Of a DNA stretch of 64,000 nucleotides, positions 60,916 to 64,000 are shown piece by piece. Source of the stretch: an uncultured Candidatus Rokubacteria bacterium (GTDB taxonomy: Bacteria > Methylomirabilota > Methylomirabilia > Rokubacteriales > CSP1-6). The stretch is taken from the NCBI GenBank assembly GCA_963747235.1, contig CAVVEU010000008.1, positions 128,001-192,000 on the forward strand, in the 5' to 3' direction. Position 1 is the stretch's first letter. Every line of letters begins with the position of its first letter. The translations under genes were made by a program, and so were the position numbers. The notes beneath the pieces are model-generated. The model was not told the DNA's origin, did no database searches, and was given only the letters and a program-made list of their open reading frames with translations.

Positions 60916-61803
60916 TTACCGGGCGCCGGGGTCGAGGACATCGCGCAGGCCGTCGCCCAGCAGATTGAAGGCGAGGACGGTGATCATGATCGCGATGCCC
61001 GGGAACACCGAGATCCACGGCGCGGTCTCGAGATAGGTCCGTCCCTCGTTCAGCATGTTGCCCCAGGACGGCGTGGGGGGCTGCGCCGAGAGGCCCAGGT
61101 AGCTCAGCGACGCTTCGATGAGGATGGCCTGCGAGAGGGCCACCGTGCCCTGGACCACGAAGGGCGAGATCACGTTGGGCAGCACGTGCTTGAGCGCGAC
61201 CACCCAGCGGGTGGCGCCCAGCGCGCGGATGGCCTCGATGTACTCCTTCTCCCGCTCGGCGAGCACCGGCCCGCGCATGACGCGGGCGAAGAGCGGCACG
61301 TAGACCACCGCGATCGCGATCACCGCGCTGTTGACGCCGGGGCCGCGCATGGCCGCCACCCCGACCGAGAGCAGGAGGCCGGGGATGCTGAAGAAGATGT
61401 CGAGCACCCGGTTGATGACATTGTCCCAGGCGCCGCCCAGGTAGCCGGCGGTGAGCCCGAGGGCGCCGCCCGCCGCCATCGCCACCACGATGGAGGTCAC
61501 CGCCACGTAGAGCGAGATGCGCGTGCCGTGGATCACCCGGCTCAGCACGTCGCGCCCGAAGCGGTCGGTGCCGAAGAGAGCCTGGGCGCTCGGGCGGGCC
61601 TCGATCAGGTCGAAGTTCTGCTCGTCGGGGTCGTGCGGCGCGATGGCGCCCGCGAACGCCGCCACCAACACGATGACGACCACGCAGACCGCGCCCGCGA
61701 CGACCACGGCGCTGTGGGTGACGCGACGCAGCTGGCGGCTCCATCGAAGTCGGTGTGGCGCGACGGCCGTCGTGCCGAGCACCCCTTCGGACCTGACTTC
61801 CAC
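60916..61803 (-). CDS. Peptide/nickel ABC permease (DppC-like)
   Basis: FGTDRFGRD, EYIEAIRALGA, EASLSYLG, PSWG, GDGLRDVLDP. Confidence 0.93.
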   Translation of the reverse strand: MEVRSEGVLGTTAVAPHRLRWSRQLRRVTHSAVVVAGAVCVVVIVLVAAFAGAIAPHDPDEQNFDLIEARPSAQALFGTDRFGRDVLSRVIHGTRISLYVAVTSIVVAMAAGGALGLTAGYLGGAWDNVINRVLDIFFSIPGLLLSVGVAAMRGPGVNSAVIAIAVVYVPLFARVMRGPVLAEREKEYIEAIRALGATRWVVALKHVLPNVISPFVVQGTVALSQAILIEASLSYLGLSAQPPTPSWGNMLNEGRTYLETAPWISVFPGIAIMITVLAFNLLGDGLRDVLDPGAR

Positions 61804-61809
61804 GGGGGA

Positions 61810-61838
61810 ACACTAGGCTCTGAGCCCCCACCTGTCAA
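61810..61838 (-). promoter_or_regulatory. Sigma70-type promoter, probably leaderless
   Basis: TTGACA-N17-TAGTGT-N6-GTG. Confidence 0.7.
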
Positions 61839-61937
61839 GCGCGCTCGGGCCGGTCCGACGCGGGCTTAGGCACCCGCCCGGTGTGCGCTCGGGGGCGCGG
61901 CCAGGAAACATGGCAGGAGGTTAATTGTTTACGGACT

Positions 61938-62747
61938 ATGATCAATCCGATGCGAGTCTCCATCGTGGCGGCGGTGCTCGGCGTGCTCGTGACGGCGGTC
62001 GGGGCGTGGTGTCAGGTCCCTGACACCGTGTTCCTCGAGGAGCTGACCTGGACCGAGGTGCGGGACGCCATCCGGGCGGGCAAGACCACGATCATCGTTC
62101 CGGCCGGCGGCACCGAGCAGAGCGGGCCCCACATGGCGCTGGGCAAGCACAACGCCCGGGTCAAGGTGCTCGCGGAGCGAATTGCCCGGGGGCTGGGCGA
62201 TGCTCTCGTCGCCCCGGTGATCGCCTACGTGCCGGAAGGCGCCATCGAGCCGCCCACGGGGCACATGCGGTTCCCCGGGACCATCACCACGCCCGACGGG
62301 GCCTTCCAGAAGGTCCTCGAAACCGCGGCTCGGAGCTTCAAGCTCCACGGTTTCCGCCACATCGTCCTCCTGGGCGACCACGGCTCCACCCAGACCGGCC
62401 AGAAGGCGGTGGCGGCCCGATTGAACCGGGACTGGGCGGGGACCGGGGTCCGGGTCCACGCGATCGAGGAGTACTACCGGGCGAGCGAGGTCGAGGTGCC
62501 CGAGCTGCTCCGGACCCGCGGCTACCGCGACGCAGAGCTGGGCCGTCACGCCGGGCTCACCGACACCGCGCTGATGCTGGCCACCGACGCTCGGATGGTC
62601 CGATCGGACCGGCTACGCGCGGCGCGCGACGGGGACGGCGTGGATGGAGATCCGACCCGCGCCACCGCCGAGCTGGGCCGCGCGGGCGTCGAGCTGATCG
62701 TGGCCCGGACGGTGGACGCCATCCGCAAATCCATCACGCGTCGCTGA
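61938..62747 (+). CDS. Creatininase-family amidohydrolase with predicted signal peptide
   Basis: LEELTW, GGTEQSGPHM, HMRFPGT, GDHG, HAG..DT; alternative start at 61950. Confidence 0.88.
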   Translation: MINPMRVSIVAAVLGVLVTAVGAWCQVPDTVFLEELTWTEVRDAIRAGKTTIIVPAGGTEQSGPHMALGKHNARVKVLAERIARGLGDALVAPVIAYVPEGAIEPPTGHMRFPGTITTPDGAFQKVLETAARSFKLHGFRHIVLLGDHGSTQTGQKAVAARLNRDWAGTGVRVHAIEEYYRASEVEVPELLRTRGYRDAELGRHAGLTDTALMLATDARMVRSDRLRAARDGDGVDGDPTRATAELGRAGVELIVARTVDAIRKSITRR

Positions 62748-62763
62748 GGAGGAGATCACGCTC

Positions 62764-63916
62764 ATGCTCGCTTGGTCACGCTGGCTCGCCGTGGTCGTCT
62801 CCGTCTGGGTCGGGGTCGCGGCGGCTCAGGCCGGGTCGCCCGATCGAAACCGTCCCGGGCATGCCGCCGGTGGTGGACCCGGCCAATCTCTACAGCGAGA
62901 TCCGGTCGGACAAGCTGAGTCCCGCGGTGGCGGGCGCGCTCCCGCGCGTCTACGTGCCCAACCGGCAGGGCAACGACGTCACCGTGATCGATCCGGCCAC
63001 CATGAAGGTGGTGGACCGCTTCGCGGTGGGGATCAACCCGCAGCACGTGGTGCCCTCGTGGGATCTCAAGACGCTGTGGGTGACCAACAATGCGGAAGGG
63101 CGGCCCGACGGCAGCCTCACCCCCATCGACCCCATGACCGGCAAGCCGGGCAAGACCATCATGGTCGAGGACCCGTACAACATGTACTTCACGCCGGACG
63201 GCAAGTCGGCGATCGTGGTGGCGGAGGCGCTCAAGCGGCTCGACTTCCGCGATCCCCACACGATGGCGATGCAGTACTCGATCGAGGTGCCCCAGTGCAA
63301 GGGCATCAACCACGCGGACTTCTCCATCGACGGGCGCATCGCCATCTTCACCTGCGAGTTCCAGGGCAGCCTCGCGCGCATCGACCTCGTCAACCGGAAG
63401 GTGCTGGGCTATCTGAAGCTCTCGCGCGGCGGGATGCCCCAGGACGTCCGGAGCTCGCCCGACGGCAGCCTCTTCTTCGTGGCGGACATGAAGGCGGGCG
63501 GCGTCTTCGTGGTGGACGGGGCCACCTTCACCGAGACCGGCTTCATCAAGACCGGGATCGGCACCCACGGCCTCTACCCGAGCCGCGACGGCACCAAGCT
63601 CTACGTGGCCAACCGCGGGACCTCGCACGTGTACGGGCCGCCCAGGGGCAAGGGCAGCGTCTCGGTGATCGACTTCGCCACGCGGCAGATCGTGGCCACC
63701 TGGCCGATCCCCGGCGGGGGCAGCCCCGACATGGGCAACGTGAGCGTGGACGGCAAGGTGCTCTGGCTCTCCGGGCGCTTCGACAACCTGGTCTACGCCA
63801 TCGACACCACCACCGGCGAGGTGCGCAGCATCCGCGTCGGCAAGGAGCCGCACGGGCTCACGGTCTGGCCGCAGCCCGGCCGCTATTCGCTGGGCCACAC
63901 CGGGAACATGCGGTAG
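62764..63916 (+). CDS. Secreted YncE/YVTN beta-propeller protein (5' frameshift)
   Basis: RBS gaggag; repeats VYVPN..VTVID, LYVANRG, VSVID, VGKEPHG. Confidence 0.85.
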
Positions 63917-63931
63917 GAGTCGCCGCGCGCC

Positions 63932-64000
63932 ATGCCCGACACGATTGCCACTCCCATCGCCCTCGAGTCTCCCCGGGTGCGCACCGGCTTCGCCGCGCTC
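63932..64000 (+). CDS. Start of a gene truncated by the window edge
   Basis: ATG after aggag with an open frame (MPDTIATPIALESPRVRTGFAAL); product not assignable. Confidence 0.4.
   Translation, partial: MPDTIATPIALESPRVRTGFAAL

Overview
Very GC-rich (about 70% by eye), gene-dense bacterial chromosomal segment with about 73 protein-coding genes and no rRNA, tRNA or CRISPR array. Gene style and content suggest a diderm soil bacterium such as Ca. Rokubacteria/Methylomirabilota (inference only). At least 25 otherwise intact genes carry single-base frameshifts, which looks like unpolished long-read error, so the ORF track is often misleading and genes were rebuilt across frames. Main blocks: (1) a periplasmic redox operon at 9.1-15.3 kb joining an IorAB-type molybdo-hydroxylase, cytochrome c, flavocytochrome c sulfide dehydrogenase and soxXYZA with a non-canonical SoxY arm (AACLE) and no soxB/soxCD; (2) a roughly 15 kb co-directional metal-homeostasis run at 32.2-47.0 kb with a CopD-cytochrome c fusion, CusF-like protein, rhodanese, DUF151, an outer-membrane barrel, two Zn/Mn-type ABC binding proteins, two permeases, an ATPase and a CDF exporter; (3) many catabolic enzymes and ABC transporters; (4) a DUF222/HNH gene and a BoxC-like palindrome. 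The best candidate for an undescribed system is a signal-peptide-bearing, His-motif upstream ORF ending in RAPP (43219-43524). It is followed immediately by a 10-bp stem that sequesters the ribosome-binding site of the metal-uptake porin/ABC operon, consistent with a Cys-free, ribosome-stalling metal sensor. Many genes also appear to be transcribed leaderless.
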